Assembly (NCBI RefSeq): GCF_006345805.1
Contig: NC_043005.1
Span: 20,460,001 to 20,524,000, forward strand
Length of the DNA: 64,000 bases
Direction of reading: 5' to 3'
Source: Octopus sinensis
Taxonomy: Eukaryota
Shown here: in pieces, positions 13,379 to 28,343 of the stretch
Layout of the letters: the number at the start of each line of letters is the position of its first letter
Numbering within the stretch: position 1 is the stretch's first letter
Program-made: the position numbers and the translations under genes
Notes under the pieces: model-generated
Seen by the model: the letters and a program-made list of their open reading frames with translations, nothing else
What the model was told of the DNA's origin: nothing
Database searches by the model: none

Positions 13379-16300
13379 CTAGCAGTATTGCCTGGCGTTG
13401 CTCGGGTTTGTTTCGACCCTTTAGAATTGGAATTTTTGAAAAGTAAAACTGTTGTATTATGTAGCTCTTTAAGTGAACATTTTTCTGGTTGAAATACACC
13501 GAAAAATGGCGACACAGCAGTAAAAACCGTAAAAAATAGGGATTTTCATAGAAAAAAAGCACCTTTTTGATGTAAATAATTTTTGGTGTTAACATGGTCC
13601 AATTTGAATTTTTTCTTCTACGGAAGGAAGAGCAAGCCTTCTTCTATTATACTTTCAATTTTGGTCAGCTTGCGCTGCAGGGTCTCGGAGGAGATAGTGT
13701 TAGTTGAAGGCTACCAAACCTGCTATACACAGACAACTACAGCTTTATATATATATATATATATAAAGGGAAAGTTTGCGAAAATAAACAAAAGACGAAG
13801 GCAGGTGGTGTACAAACAAACAAATGTATTAGTATAGCGCTCAGGAATAGAAAAAGTCTTTTACGTTTCGAGCCTATGCTCTTCGACAGAAAGATACACA
13901 GAAAAAAACAAGGGGAGAAAAAAATGTGTGTAGTAGCTAACGATCTGTCATGGCATCTGACATCAGATGGAATGGTCAGCCACGAGAGGGACAGTAGGGG
14001 AGATAACAGGGTCAAGTGACTCCCAATACGAAGGAGCCCCCAACACAAAGGTGCGTGTGTGTATAAGAGATTATGTATGTGTGTGTGAAAGAGGGCTGGT
14101 GGTCTGGACGTGTGTGTGTATGTATGTGTGGGTTTAATATTATGATATATATATACACACACACACACATACATACATATATGGTGAGTATATAGGGATA
14201 AATTATCCAGACTGGTAAGTTAATAGCTCTTGGGAATATTCCAGGTTTTGACTAACCACATCAAGTAGTGATAAACATCAATGACAGCTTAGTATGAGCA
14301 ATCCTGCTGTAATTCTTCTGACATGTTAATCAAGGTTTGCATCCCTGAATTATTAATATTATCAGTCAATTACAAAGAGTTCAGAGACTAGTACATCTTC
14401 AAGATTTTCTTTTAATTTAATAGTTGGTTTTATAGCATAATTAGTTCGTTAACCCTTTTGTTACCAACCCGACCAAAACCAGCTCTGGCTCTGTAGTACA
14501 AATGTCTTGTTTTTATAAATTTTTCATTAAAATATACCACCAAACCTTAGTCGCAATTTATGTTCCTAACACTAGCTTAATGATAATTAAATTATTTTAC
14601 TAAATTCTTTGTTATATTTAAAATAATTGAAAGAAACACAGAGCATCTCAAAATAAATACAGTAATGAAAGGGTTAAAATGTCTGACATGTGTCTCTGTT
14701 GCAAAGAGTTGTATATGCAACCCAGCATATTCTGCTGTGCACCTTCATTAAGGGTCTTTCTACAAGCATGGTTTGAAGCAATCTGAGTTAATTAATTTTT
14801 TTGTGGCTAGTTTATTTCCTTATTCCGCCCTGTTTAAAATAGAAAAGGTAGTGATGGGGGATATACTGAAATCTGATTTGTCTATCCAGTTTATTTCTTA
14901 GCTGCCTGCAAATCAACTCTAGTTCCAGGGTGAAATTAGGAGTTTTATATATATTAAATTAGGTCAAAGTATATCAGAGTATTCTGTAGTGGATCTTGCA
15001 GTGGTGTGGATTCAATCCTAGATAGCCAAATTTAAATTAACAGTTCAACAGCACTTTTCTCACAGTAAAACAATAATTTTTCTGTGACAGTAGTTACATT
15101 TGCCACATGCCTTAGCTAAGCAAAATAATGTCTTTGCCACTTGACCCTTCTAACCTCTTCTATTTCACCAATAGCTAGAACAGAGATATCACAGACCTGC
15201 TTGTGGCCATGACTAGTTGTCCATTCACTAACTGACGGTCGCTCTTACTAATCCTGTTCTCACTAATTCCTTTTGCTTGGAGGTTCTTGTTTTTATAACT
15301 ATCCAGAAGGATAGACATATCGTTGAGAACAATAGATTTTGTTGGAGGTCTGTGATATCTCTATTCTAGCTATTGGTGAAATAGAAGGGGTTAGAAGGGT
15401 CAAGTGGCAAAAACATTATTTTGCTTAGCTAAGGCATCTGGCAAACGTAATTAGTCACAGAAAAACTATTGTATTACTGCAAGAAAAGTGCTGTTGAAGT
15501 GTTAATTTAAATTTGGCTATCTAGGATTGAATCTACACCAATAACTTTTTCTTTGTGTTAAAAGAGTTTGAATAAACATAATATTAAACTTAATTACATC
15601 GATAGATTTGAATCAAATATATATATATATATATATATGCATATGGACAAGGACAGTTGTGTAAAGGATTGTTACATATGGACAAGGATAGATGTGCTGA
15701 TCTCTCACTGTGGAAGAAGTAGATCCAAGAAGACATGAGATGAAGTGGTGAAACATGATCTTTGAGCTTTGGGTCATATGGAGACGATGACTAGTGACCA
15801 AAATCTTAGGTGATATGGTGTGCTTGAGAAGACCCATCAAGCCAAGTGAAATCATAATCACATAACTGGCACCCATGCCAGTGGCACATAAAAAGCACCC
15901 TTTGGGCCTTGGGGCTCACAGAGGCTATATGGTTGATGCCTGCTTTGCACAACTGTGCTGGTGCTGGTGCATGTAAAAAAGCACCTTTAGAGTGTTGGGC
16001 CTCACAGAGGCAATGACAAATGACCAAAACCTTCAGCAATATGCTATGCTTGAGTAGAAGACCTATCAAGCCAAGTGAAATCATAGTTGTAGCAGATACT
16101 GGTGTCATGTGAATGACACCCATGCCAGTGGCATGTAGCAGTACCCATTACACTCTTGGAGTGGTTGGTGTTAGGAAGGTCATCCAGCTGTAGAAACCAA
16201 GCCAAATCGGACTGGAATCTTGAGCTGTTTCTCAGCTTGTCAGCTCTAGTTGAACCGTCCAACCCATGCCAGTATGGACAATGAATGCTAAATGATGATG

Positions 16301-19300
16301 ATTTCTTTTTTAAGATGTCTATAAAGAGAGTGTACTTCTAAGTTGATGTGTTGTGATGATTTATACAAAACAAAAAAGATATTTTAAGCTAGTGATGATA
16401 ATGATATCTGATTGAAAGTTAAGCCAGATAATGTCCCAACAAATACCTCCACTATTTGCACCTCCCCTTTGTGAGCGGATACTATTCTATCCCATACCTG
16501 TATGGAAATGCTTAAAGGTTTTCCCATGCAGGTGTAAACATCTCAAGCCACTTCTAGTCTACTGTTAAGTAACTGGTGTTTCAATGTAAAAATCTGATAC
16601 ATTTCTTCTATGCACAAGTTACATGTCTTTTCCCCAGGGTCTAGTGACTCCATCCAGCAAACCAACCCAGTAGAGATACACATTCTATTCTATGTCAATA
16701 GGGAGTTTCCACTAATAGAGGGTGGATTATGCTGCTCACTATCAATGTAAGAAGCACTGTTGGCCCAGCTGTGATCTTCTGCTGTTTCTTCACAATCTTC
16801 CATGTTGTAGTCTCATGACTTCACTGTATCCCTGGCAGGGTGGCTGAACGGTTGCTATACCTTGCTAAAGGTCTGCCCATAACTATGCAGAGCATGGCCA
16901 TCACTCTGTGAGGTATTTTCGGGCAATGATTGAAACAGGTTGCTTGGCATCAAGAAAGTCATTAGGTTCTCACAGCCCTTTACCCATTCAGTTATTTAGT
17001 CAATGGAAGTTCTATGCTGGTATTGTATAAAGAGTTAGGGGAATCTGCTGACTTTGGCAAAAGAGAATGTGTGATAAATGAGATTGAAAGGGCTGAAGAC
17101 AGATGTGATCCTCATCAACTTTTTCAAGTTTCTGTTGAAAAGGAAATTGAGGGTGGAGAGGTAAGTGTTGCCTCCCAGAAAATTTTCAAAAAGGTTTATG
17201 TGAGTGGTTTGTCAACTGATCAAACCTACCCCAAGAATGAGCCTGTAGACAGGGAAAAGATAATCAAGAGTATACATTTGTCTTCACTGTCAGGGTAACC
17301 ATGGTTTCATGAGGTTTCTGTTAGTAATGCTTAGAGTTTTCCTTTCTTTTGAGGAACTATTCTTTGTTATAATTCTTTTCTTTGTTTCTGTTACATCACA
17401 TTATACATGTTCTTTTTGTTGAAATCCTACACTGTATCTCTTGTGCTCTGTTTTTGTCTACCATTTGTGCTTAATAAAGAAAACCTCCTCCTCCTTCTTT
17501 TTCTTCTTTTTTAGTAGTAGTAGTAAAAAGAATCATCATCATCATCATCATCACCACCACCACCACCACCACCACTCTTGTTTCAGGTTTCCATCAATCA
17601 GCCAGAGCCAGTGTTCCCTATTTCCAACAATCTCAATTTGTTGCCTGAATTGGACAAGCAATTCTGTTCCTTTCCAGCTGCTTGTTCTTTTGTTCTTCCT
17701 TTTCTTCCTAAATTCTACTACTGTTTCAGTAGCATTTGAGCATTTCTAGCTTTTCGTCCACACAACATAAGTTTTTAACGTCAGTATCACAGTACTAGCG
17801 GTGTCTTCTGCCTTTAGTAACCTTCTATTTTCTTTCTTTATTGATCAGTAGAGTCTATCATTATTTCTTTTAGAGTGGAATGTGTTATGCATTGTGAGCA
17901 GCTTTCTAGTTCTTGTATCCAAACTTCGACCTTTGTCCATTTCAGAAAGGGGGCTGAGTATATTGATATTGGCATAACCCATGTATTTATTGCTTTAATG
18001 ATATTCTCTCCATTTAATTTTATTTCGAACACTCTCCTAATTCTCCTCTTATACGAGGGGCGTTCAATAAGTAATGCCCCTGACCCACTTCCCATAGCAG
18101 TAGAGCAACGAAACTTGGCACAGTTATTAGTCTTTTTCTACATAGGAACCACCCAGAGTTACGCATTTCTCCCATCGTTTGATGTGGCTCTGGAGACCGT
18201 TTTTGTAGAAGAAACCAGCTTGGTCCTCCAATCTCAACGTGACTTCAGAAATCAAGGCTGCAACATCTGGGAAACACTTTCCTTTCAAAAACAACTTCAT
18301 GATTGGGAGAGGTGAAAATCAGAGGGTGCAAGGTCAGGAAGTAGGGGGATGGGGAGGAGTTCATAGCCATACGCCTGTGCTTCTGATCTGGCGACAAGCG
18401 AGTTGTGGACCGGAGCGTTGTCCTGCAGGAGGAGGATGCCTTTGCTGATCTTGCCCCGCCTCTTGATTTTGATAACTTTCTTAATTTCCTCAAAAGTGAA
18501 GCATAATAGGCTCCTGCAATTGTGGTACCCTTTGCCAGGAAATCTGTCATCACTACTCCATCCTGGTCCCAGAAGACTGTGAGCATGACCTTGCCAGCAG
18601 AGGGCTGCACCCTTGCCTTCTTTTGAGGGGGTGAGTCACGGTGCTTCCACTGCATTGACTGGGCTTTGGTCTCTGGATCATCGTGATGGACCCAGGTTTC
18701 ATCCTGATTAATCAGTCTTTTGAAAAATTTTGACTCATCTTCTTGGCACATCTCCAAATTCACCCTCAAGCACTCGACGCGTTCTTGCTTCTGGAAAGGC
18801 GTGAGCAACCTGGGAATCCATCTGGCAGACACCTTTTGCATATGCAAATGGTCATGAATGATAGTTTCCACAGACCCGGTACTAATCTTGACCTCATGGG
18901 CTATTTGGCGAATAATTATGCGTCGATCTTCCAAAATGGCAGCCTCAACTTGACGGACAGATGCCTCATCAAGGGCAGAAGGGGGCGACCAGATCTGGGA
19001 GCTGTTTCCACAGAGTTCCGACCATGTTTGAATTCACGATGCCAGCGTTTTACAAGGTCATATGATGGGGCATCATCACCATAAGTTACTTTCATTTCAT
19101 CAAAAGTCTCCCGTGGTGTGCGTCCTTTCAAATACAAAAACCGGATCACTGCTCGACACTCAACAGGCTCCATTTCACACTTGACTCGGTTCAAACACCT
19201 GTAAATCAGAAACCACAATTAATTCAGAGCTGTAATTTGTCACTTACTCTATAGAGATATAAATGATTGCACATGCAAAATTTCAGCTAGATCAAACAAA

Positions 19301-20042
19301 TGCAAGTGGGTCAGAGGCATTACTTATTGAACGTCCCTCGTATTCTTAAGAGATTTTCTCTCTCATTTCTTGTTCATTATCCTATTATCATGCAACACTC
19401 CTAGGTATTTGTATCCCTCATTATTCCACAGCAATCTAATGATGCTGTGACAATTTTATGCTGTCTGATTTGGCATGGTTTCTACAGCTGGATACCCTTA
19501 TCAACCACTCCAGAAGTGTATTGGGTACTTTCACATACCACTGGCATGGGTGCCATTTACATGACACCGGCAACAATCACGACTATGATTCTTGGGTAAT
19601 TTTTACATGGCACTGGCAACGACCATGACTATGATGCACAAGTGCCATTAAAATGGCAATGACCACGATGATTCACAGGTGCGCTTTACATGGTACTGGC
19701 AACAACCATGACTACTATTTGTAGGTGCCATTTCCATGGCATGGTCATTGACCCCAACTCCAATTCATGGGTGCCATTTACAAGGCACCAGAGATGGCCT
19801 GACTCTAATTCCATGGGTACAATTTACATGGCACTGGCAATGGCCACAATTACGATTTCACTTGGCCTGACAAGTTTCTCATGCACAGCATATTGCCAGA
19901 GGTCTCTTTTCCTTTGCTTCATCCCTTGCTTAGGAATTTTATCTTTTTTGCTCATTCCATCAATCTCTCCTTTGAATTCTTCTCATAACGTGCCAAATTA
20001 TTATTATTATTATCATTATTATTATTATCATTATTATTATTA

Positions 20043-20079
<37 letters not shown>

Positions 20080-23000
20080 AAATATTTTTTAAACATTAAA
20101 AATAATTATCAAGTAGTGCCATTTAATTGAAATTATAAATAAAATGTTTGAAAGCCATCTGGTTTAATTTTTTTTAATGGACAGTTTTTTTTTATAAAAG
20201 CACAGTCCATCCACAACATTATTTTTTGGCATGAGACACTCTTCTCAGAATTCTTGTGAACTCTGCTAAGTCATGAGACATACTCAAAACTTCACATCAA
20301 TGTTTAGGCTGCAGTTAATCCATCAGAAGAGAAATTTATTCTGATGGTGTGCTTTGGTTTAAAACTGAATAATGGCACTTGACATGTTGGTTGATCACAA
20401 GTATAAGGGAAATTTTACCTTACAAAAGCATACCCTCAGAGGAAGAAGTACAAAAGGATTATTTACAATCTAAATATTGAAATAAAGTTTTGAGTAAGTC
20501 TCAAGATGTACTATTACTCACATGAATGCTGATGAGGATATGATTTTGCTGATCAAATATTTGTTTATAAAAAATTGTCCATTATTCTCCATGTGTGGTA
20601 TAATACTTAATATATGTTTGTAGAGTTTCTTTTGTGTGTGAGTGTGTGTGTGTGTATGTGTCTGACTGCCAGTCTTTCTGTTTTTATATGCATGTATGAG
20701 TATAATATGTATTTCTTGATTTTTTTCCAGCCTATGGTGAGGTTTTTGTATTTAAAAGAGTTCATATACCAGGGCAGGATAATTTTGAACAGTTTAAGAA
20801 CGTGGACTTAAAGAAGTGTCATGAAAAGTGCTTGAAACATCCGCAATGTTTTTCTTATGAGTACCATGAAAGAACGAAGGCCTGTGATCTGAGTAATGCA
20901 AATCATTTGAGTCATGATCTTAAGCCCAATGAAAAAGGTTGGGATATTTACATACTTAATCCAGGTCAGTTGCTTGTTTTCATTTTATTAATCATGTGTC
21001 CATTGTGTGTATTTATGTTTGTATACATCTGTGTGTGTGTGTATCAAATATATGCATATCTATGTATCTGTGTGTATATACATATGTGTATGTATATATA
21101 TAAACATATATGCCAGAATGGACAATGGATGTTAAATGATGATGATGACATTTATCTTCTTTAAATATAAAACTGAGAATGTGTGTCTGTCTGTCTGTCT
21201 GTCTATCTGTCTGTCTGTCTGTCTATCTGTCTGTCTGTGTGTTTCCCTAAAACTTGAGAACTGCACAACCAATTTCATTCAAATTTTACACATGCCTTAC
21301 CTAGGGTCCATGTAGTTTCATGGGCAAAAAAAATGTTCAACTTCTTGCCTAGAGCGAGCCCATAGCAATATCATATCTTCTCCACTATTTCAGTATTACG
21401 TGTTAAAAGTGAAACAAAAACATTTCTCTATTTCATGTCAGATACTTTCACTTTAACAATAAAAATAATAATAACAATTGAATTATATGCAGTAAGTAAT
21501 AATTAAAATCAAACTAAAGTATAATATAATCATAACATAACAAAAGTAAAAATAGCAATTGGTATAAAATTGCATCAATGACTTGAACTTGAATAAGTGG
21601 TTTCACATGAATGGAAATAAATTAAAAATAAAATTAGCATGCAGAAATGGAATAGTCCAGATGGATAATAAAAAATTAAATTAAAGAAAAGACTATTGTC
21701 TATAAAGTATACAATGTAGAGAAAAAAGAAGATTTGAAAACATGGAGGAAAGCACCTTCGAAAAGTGTCTTGGTGCGACTATGAAAGATATCTAATCAGA
21801 GGCAGTAAATTCGCCACAATAGAAGCAAGGTTCGAGTCAACGGAGCGTGCAAGGGAGTACTCGACTCGAACTTGCCAAGTGGAAATATTTTATTTTTACC
21901 TTTATATCTGGGACGTAGGACGTCCCGGAAAAAATTTAAAATGCCCCCCCCCAGAAGTAGAGGTAGGCTGGATTGTAGCCGCACTTCTATACAAGAGGGA
22001 GAACAAGATACAATTGATTGAAATTACAAGAGATGGGCTAACAATTCCAGAGTCTGTTATATATTTTGAGTATTGATATCACTGGCGATATCAAGATATA
22101 ACTTTGTATTTTGTATTTTATGTGTAGATGTATATATATATAGATGTACATGTAATATGTACACATTATATATACACATATATACATGCACTAGCACTAT
22201 GACCCGGCAACGATGGGTCTTTAATGCTAGTAATATATAATACAGGTGTGTGTGTGTGTGTGTGTGTGATGACCATTACTTGATCCCACGTAAAATCAAT
22301 ATTTTTTATCTAATTTCGTTCACACTTGGCAAATACATCACTTATGTTCCACAGATGGCTCTACACTATTTAGAGTTTTCACTTATGGAGTAATATGGAA
22401 TAATAGCGCTTCTAAGGTCAGAAGGTCTGTACTTTGCGAAATAACAGTCAGAAATTGATTGTTTCCCTTACACAGCAATAATCAAAAAAAAAAAAAAGGC
22501 CAGAAGGTCTGTACTCTGTGAAATAACAGTCAGAAATTGATTGTTTCCCTTACACAGCAATCATCAAAAAAGGTCGTAACCAGGAATTTTTGGTTGACAA
22601 TTGGTGGATCGTAGCCCACAAAAAGATGCTCTGCAAACCATTTCATGCACACATCAACATAGAATTCAATGACGAAAACCAGGCTAGCCTACACAGTTGG
22701 ATCCAGCCATGTACAAAGGCGACACAATCAGATGCGTCTACAGAGTTCAGCCCCTGAACTCCAAATGCTTCCATCTGCAGCTCTTACTTTATGTCATTAA
22801 GGGATCAATCTCCTTCAACAACCTTCGCACAATGGACGGCCACTTATGCGGCACTTATCCTGCTTCAAACTGATACAGATAATCAATATGATAATGCACT
22901 TGAAGAGGCCTCTCTGTGTCGTCCTCTGCACAAGCTCTGACACCTTTTCGCAATAATGCTGGTTTTCTGCAACCTGACAAATGCACATTCACTTTGGAAT

Positions 23001-25852
23001 AAACACAAAGATTCAATGTGCCATGACATTTTGCTGTAGACTTGACAAATCACAGATACCCTTGACACTCCCACTATCCCTGTCATTTACAACAGGAGAC
23101 TTCTTCACTTGGAAGACTTTGTTTTATCATTGTTAGGTCAATGATTGGGCACTTATTCTCTCAACACTTCAGACAGAAATGAAGATGCCTGTTCCAATCA
23201 TCTCATTCTTAGAGAAACATCCTACAACATCTACAAAGTCAAAGTTGACATTACTGACAATGAGCCCCTTCTGAATTCCAATCAAGCTGATGTATACAAT
23301 TTCGTCCTCAGAAACACCTACACACACTCTGGTGGAGTCAGCTTCTTAGATGCACCTGTTGGAACTGGGAAAACTTTCCTCCTGAATATTCTTCTTGCGA
23401 AGTTGCAGCATAATGGTGACCTTGTTATTGCTGTTGCTTTCTCAGAAATAGCCTCAACTCTTCTCACTCTAGCTTCAAATTGTCTTTCAATGTAGCACGT
23501 AAAGAAAACCCAATGAGCCACATAATGTATTCCTTGGATTAAGTGACAATTTAAAAAAATTGCCAACTCATTGTTTGGGATGAAGCAACTATGTCCCATA
23601 AATGTTCCCTACAACCACTTGGTACCACAATGAGAGACCTTAGACCAAACAACAAGATCCTTGGAGGTGTGACTCTACTTCTTGCAGGAGATTTTCAACA
23701 AACTCTGCCTATTACACCCAAAGGAACACCCGCTGGTGAACTTAATGCCTGCCTTAAAAAATCTCTCCTTTAGTCACATGTCCAATCAAACAACTCACCA
23801 TCAACATGAGATCACCCCTACAGACTGGTTAGCCTAGAACCCAGTTTTTGGAAATGTTCCTTATAATCGGCAATGGACAGATTATGTCCAACAGCAATTG
23901 ATACACTAACACTACTACCATTGGTCACACTGTCTCCAGCCCTGATGACTTATGTTCTGCCGTTTACCCAAATCTTGCAACAGAATAAATAAAAACAGAT
24001 TGGCTTCGTGACAGGGCTGTTCTTGCACCTGCAAATGCAGCTGTCAATACTCTTAACTATGACTTGCCGTCAGCTACCTTCTCAAGAATGTTGTTACAGA
24101 TCAGTTGATACCATTACTGACCTCAATCAAGTTATACACTTTCCTACAGAATTTTTCAACTCTCAAAATCTTCCAAGACTCTCTCCATGAACTACACTTA
24201 AAAGTCGGTTGTCCTGTCATCCTCCTATGTAATCTAAACACAAACACACTATGCACTGGAACTCACCATGTTGCCAAACAAATGATGGACTACACCATTG
24301 AAGCCCAAATTATCATGGGACATGGCAAAAACAATACTGTTTTCATGCCGAAAGTTCTGCTAACGGCAACAGATAGCTCCTACCCTATGCAGAGACTTCA
24401 GTTCCCTCTCAAGCTCAGCTTTACCATGACAATTAACAAAGCACAAGATCAGTCGCTGAAAGTTATCTGATTGGACTTTTGAATATCGTACTTTTCACAT
24501 GGACATTTCTATTGTGGTTGTTTCAGAGTTGGCCATCCAGACAACATATTCATCTATGATCTGAAGGAAAAACAAAAAATGTCATCTACAAAGCAGCCCT
24601 ACAGTAGTTATTTGTCTACTGCATTCTTCACATCTATGCCAAACTGTAGCCGTTAGCAATCAGACTTCCTGAAAGCATTTCATTGATATTTTGTTTCATT
24701 TCCCTGATTGCTGTTAACAGTACGTTACCTTCAACGACCCTCCTTACTTCATGCACACTGTTTGCTCATAAGCATGCTGTCACATTTATTTTTGTGCTTG
24801 CTGTTATTTTATTTGCGTGCTTGCTATAAATGTTTGCTTCTCTTTATCATACATGACTTTCATTGAAAAAAGCTTCAATATGGTTGTGCCAGGCATTACA
24901 AGAAAAATAAAAAAATAAGTACATGATACAAAATACTTCAAGTAAGATATAGGATCCCTAATGCCTACTGAAATTGTGATCTCATTTCATGGACTTTCAT
25001 TTATTACTAACAGCCAAATTTGTGTCCAAAAAAATTTATTCATTACCTAAATTTCTTAATGCCATATCATTAACTGCTAACAAAAAATGGGAATTATACA
25101 TTTTATGTTTATCAGCTTGAAAGTGACAGCAAGTGGCTTAGTGGTTAGGGCATTCGACTCATGTTCATAAGGTTGTGAGTTCAATTCCCAGCAATGCATT
25201 GTATCCTTGAGCAAGACACTTTATTTCGTGTTGCTCCAGTCCACTAAGCTGGCAAAAATGAGTAGTTCCTGTATTTCAAAGGGCCAGCCTTGTCACACTC
25301 TGTGTCATGCTGAATCTCCCTGAGAACTGCTTTAAGGGTGCACGTGTCTGTGGAGTGCTCAGCTACTTGCATGTTAATTTCACAAGCAAGCTGTTCCGTT
25401 GAACGTATCAGCTGGGACCCTCATCGTTGTAACAGACGGAGTGATCCTCCATGCACATTAATTTCATGAGCAAGCTGTTCCATTGATCGGATCAACTGGA
25501 ATTCTCGTTGTTGTAACTGATGGAGTGCCACGACGATGATCAACTTGAAATAACTTCTTATTGCTAATTCAACTTAAACTGTCCATAGGGGTGCACCATT
25601 ATAATAAATTACACCGTCCGAAGGACAGGTGCATTTGCTAGTATATATATATAGGCATAGGAGTGGCTGTGTGGTAAGTAGCTTGCTTACCAACCACATG
25701 GTTCCGAGTTCAGTCCTACTGCATGGTACCTTGGACAAGTGTCTTCTACTATAGCCTCGGGCTGACCAAAGCCTTGTGAGTGGATTTGGTAGAGGGAAAC
25801 TGAAAGAAGCCCATTATATATATGTATATATATATGTGTATATACATATATA

Positions 25853-25888
<36 letters not shown>

Positions 25889-27388
25889 TGTATGTATGTA
25901 TGTATGTATGTATATGTATGTGTGTGTATATGTTTGTGTGTCTGTGTTTGTCCCCTCAACATCGCTTGACATCCGATGCTGGTGTGTTTATGTGCTCATA
26001 ACTTAGCAATTCGGCGAAAGAAACTGATAGAATTAGTACTAGGCTTACAAAGAATGAGTTCCGGGGTCGATTTGCTCAACAAAAGGCAGTGCTCCAGCAT
26101 GGCCACAGTCAAATGACTGAAACTAGTAAAAGAATAAAAGAGTAAAGTGTAAGAGTATATATTTGTCCAGCCAGAATTGGATTGCTTCTATTCCATAATT
26201 GTGGTGTATATTAGTGCATAGGTTTATCCCATCAAATGAAACCATGAGTGTTTCTTCTCTGACCCCTTCTGGTTGGTGATATTAACATATCTAAGTCATC
26301 TCTAATATAACTTTTGATGTATTTTAGAAATAGTTCCAGGAGGATGTCCATGTGGCATCTTAGTCAATATGTTTCACAAGATGGTCTATCTATAATGGGC
26401 TGTAATTTTAGGTCATTCTGGTGCATGTATGTATGTATGCTTTTGGTGATTTTTGGTGGCTTAAAAAGTTATATTAGAGATGACTTAGATGAGGTCAAGG
26501 AAGAAACACTCATTGTTTCATTTGATGGATAAACCTATACACTAATATACCCCACAATTATGGAATAGAAGCAATCCAGTTCTGGCTGGACAAATATCCA
26601 GAAGAAATGCCAGAATGAATCAACAAAGATTTCATAATTGAATCAATAAAATTCATCCTTCAAAACAACCATTTCATGTTTGACACCACTGTTTATAGCC
26701 AAAAATCCAGAATTGCCATGGGGACCAGGGCAGCACTGACCATTGCCAACCTAACAATAGACTATCTGGAAATAACAATATATCAGGAGTCATTTTCAAA
26801 ATTTTGTAACCTTCTCTCCCAATACATAAAAGAAAATTGGAAAAGATTTCTGGATGACTGCTTCATCTTCTAGAATGAAAACATAGATAAACTCCTGGAA
26901 TTCAAAAGACTCCTTAATAACATTAACACCAACATACAATTTACAATGGAATACAACTAAGAACTCTATTCCTAGACATACTAGTTTAAAAAATAAACAA
27001 AAAATAGAAATGTACCTCAACTCAAGTGCGACTAAATAAAGGTCTCAATTATCAAAAGATATATACCAGAATTAAATATAAACCCATATTGAAAAGTAAA
27101 GATTTATCCCATTTATTGAATATAATATTGATATAAGCCAAAATCAAATACAAATCTATATTAAAAATTACAGATTTACCTTCCTGTTACTCAAAAATAC
27201 TTTGGTTACCAATTATCCCCACCTAGCAAACAAAAAATCTCTAACTCCAAATTGTACCCAACACCCAAACTTTGAAAAGCATTTGCAAAACCTATTATAT
27301 TATGTTGGAAGAAAAAATCTTATTTTGAATAATACTTATATTAAATAATTCTTTTACCATGTGGAATTAACAACCATATACCTTGTCT

Positions 27389-27475
<87 letters not shown>

Positions 27476-28280
27476 GCACACATATATAGCAGGAAATGTG
27501 GGCTCTGAATGTGACAGGCATGTAAAGGTTGGAGAACAACAAAGCTGGTATGCTTTACCAGATGTGCAATGTCAATGTGCATGTGTGACAGAACACTGGT
27601 ATATTTTGAGAGAAGTTGGACATAAGAAGAATTAAATACGGTGTGCAAGAGAGGAGACTGTGCTGGTTTGATTATGTGATGCAGATGAATGAGAACACAT
27701 ACATAAAGAAATGCCAATCACTTAAAGTTGAGGGAAGTTGTAGATGAGGGAGACACAGGAAGATATGGGACAAAGTACTGAAGGCCAATCTCAAAATGCT
27801 GAGCCTTATGAAAGAGGTGATAGAAGATCGAGGTACATGGCACAATGCTGTACTCAAGGAGACCCAACCACTACAACAGAGTTGAGATTCTAAAATCAAG
27901 GTGCCATGTAAAAAGCACCTGGTACACCCTGTAAAGTGATTGGCATTAGGAAGGGCATCCAATCATAGCAACCATGCCAAAACAGACGATGAAATCTAGT
28001 GCAATTCCTGGTCTTGTCAGTTCCTATCAACCCGTCCAACTCATGGAACATGGACATTAAAAGCTGCTGCTGCTGATATGTGCATATCAGTATATATATA
28101 TATATATATATAATATCCTTTAATTTTGTTTACAGAAAATGTTTTGAATATACATGTAAAAGTTCCTATTTTATAATACTGGCTATAGTCTAATGATGTC
28201 AACTGGCCATACCAGCTTTTTGGGGTTGTACCGAGTTGTGCTGATATGACGTAGGATAAACTCCATCTAAGGATTATTAC

Positions 28281-28343
<63 letters not shown>

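Noticed and set aside
23145-24470. Host PIF1 helicase gene
   Set aside because: Intronless, with multiple frameshifts and stops, and bounded by Helitron hairpin-CTAG termini.
25128-25220. tRNA gene
   Set aside because: A/B boxes are present but there is no cloverleaf; it continues into a SINE body, so it is a tRNA-derived SINE head.
15199-26463. Both long inverted repeats have about 147-148 bp spacers (nucleosome length)
   Set aside because: Two cases of unrelated origin, one explained by Penelope biology; probably coincidence.
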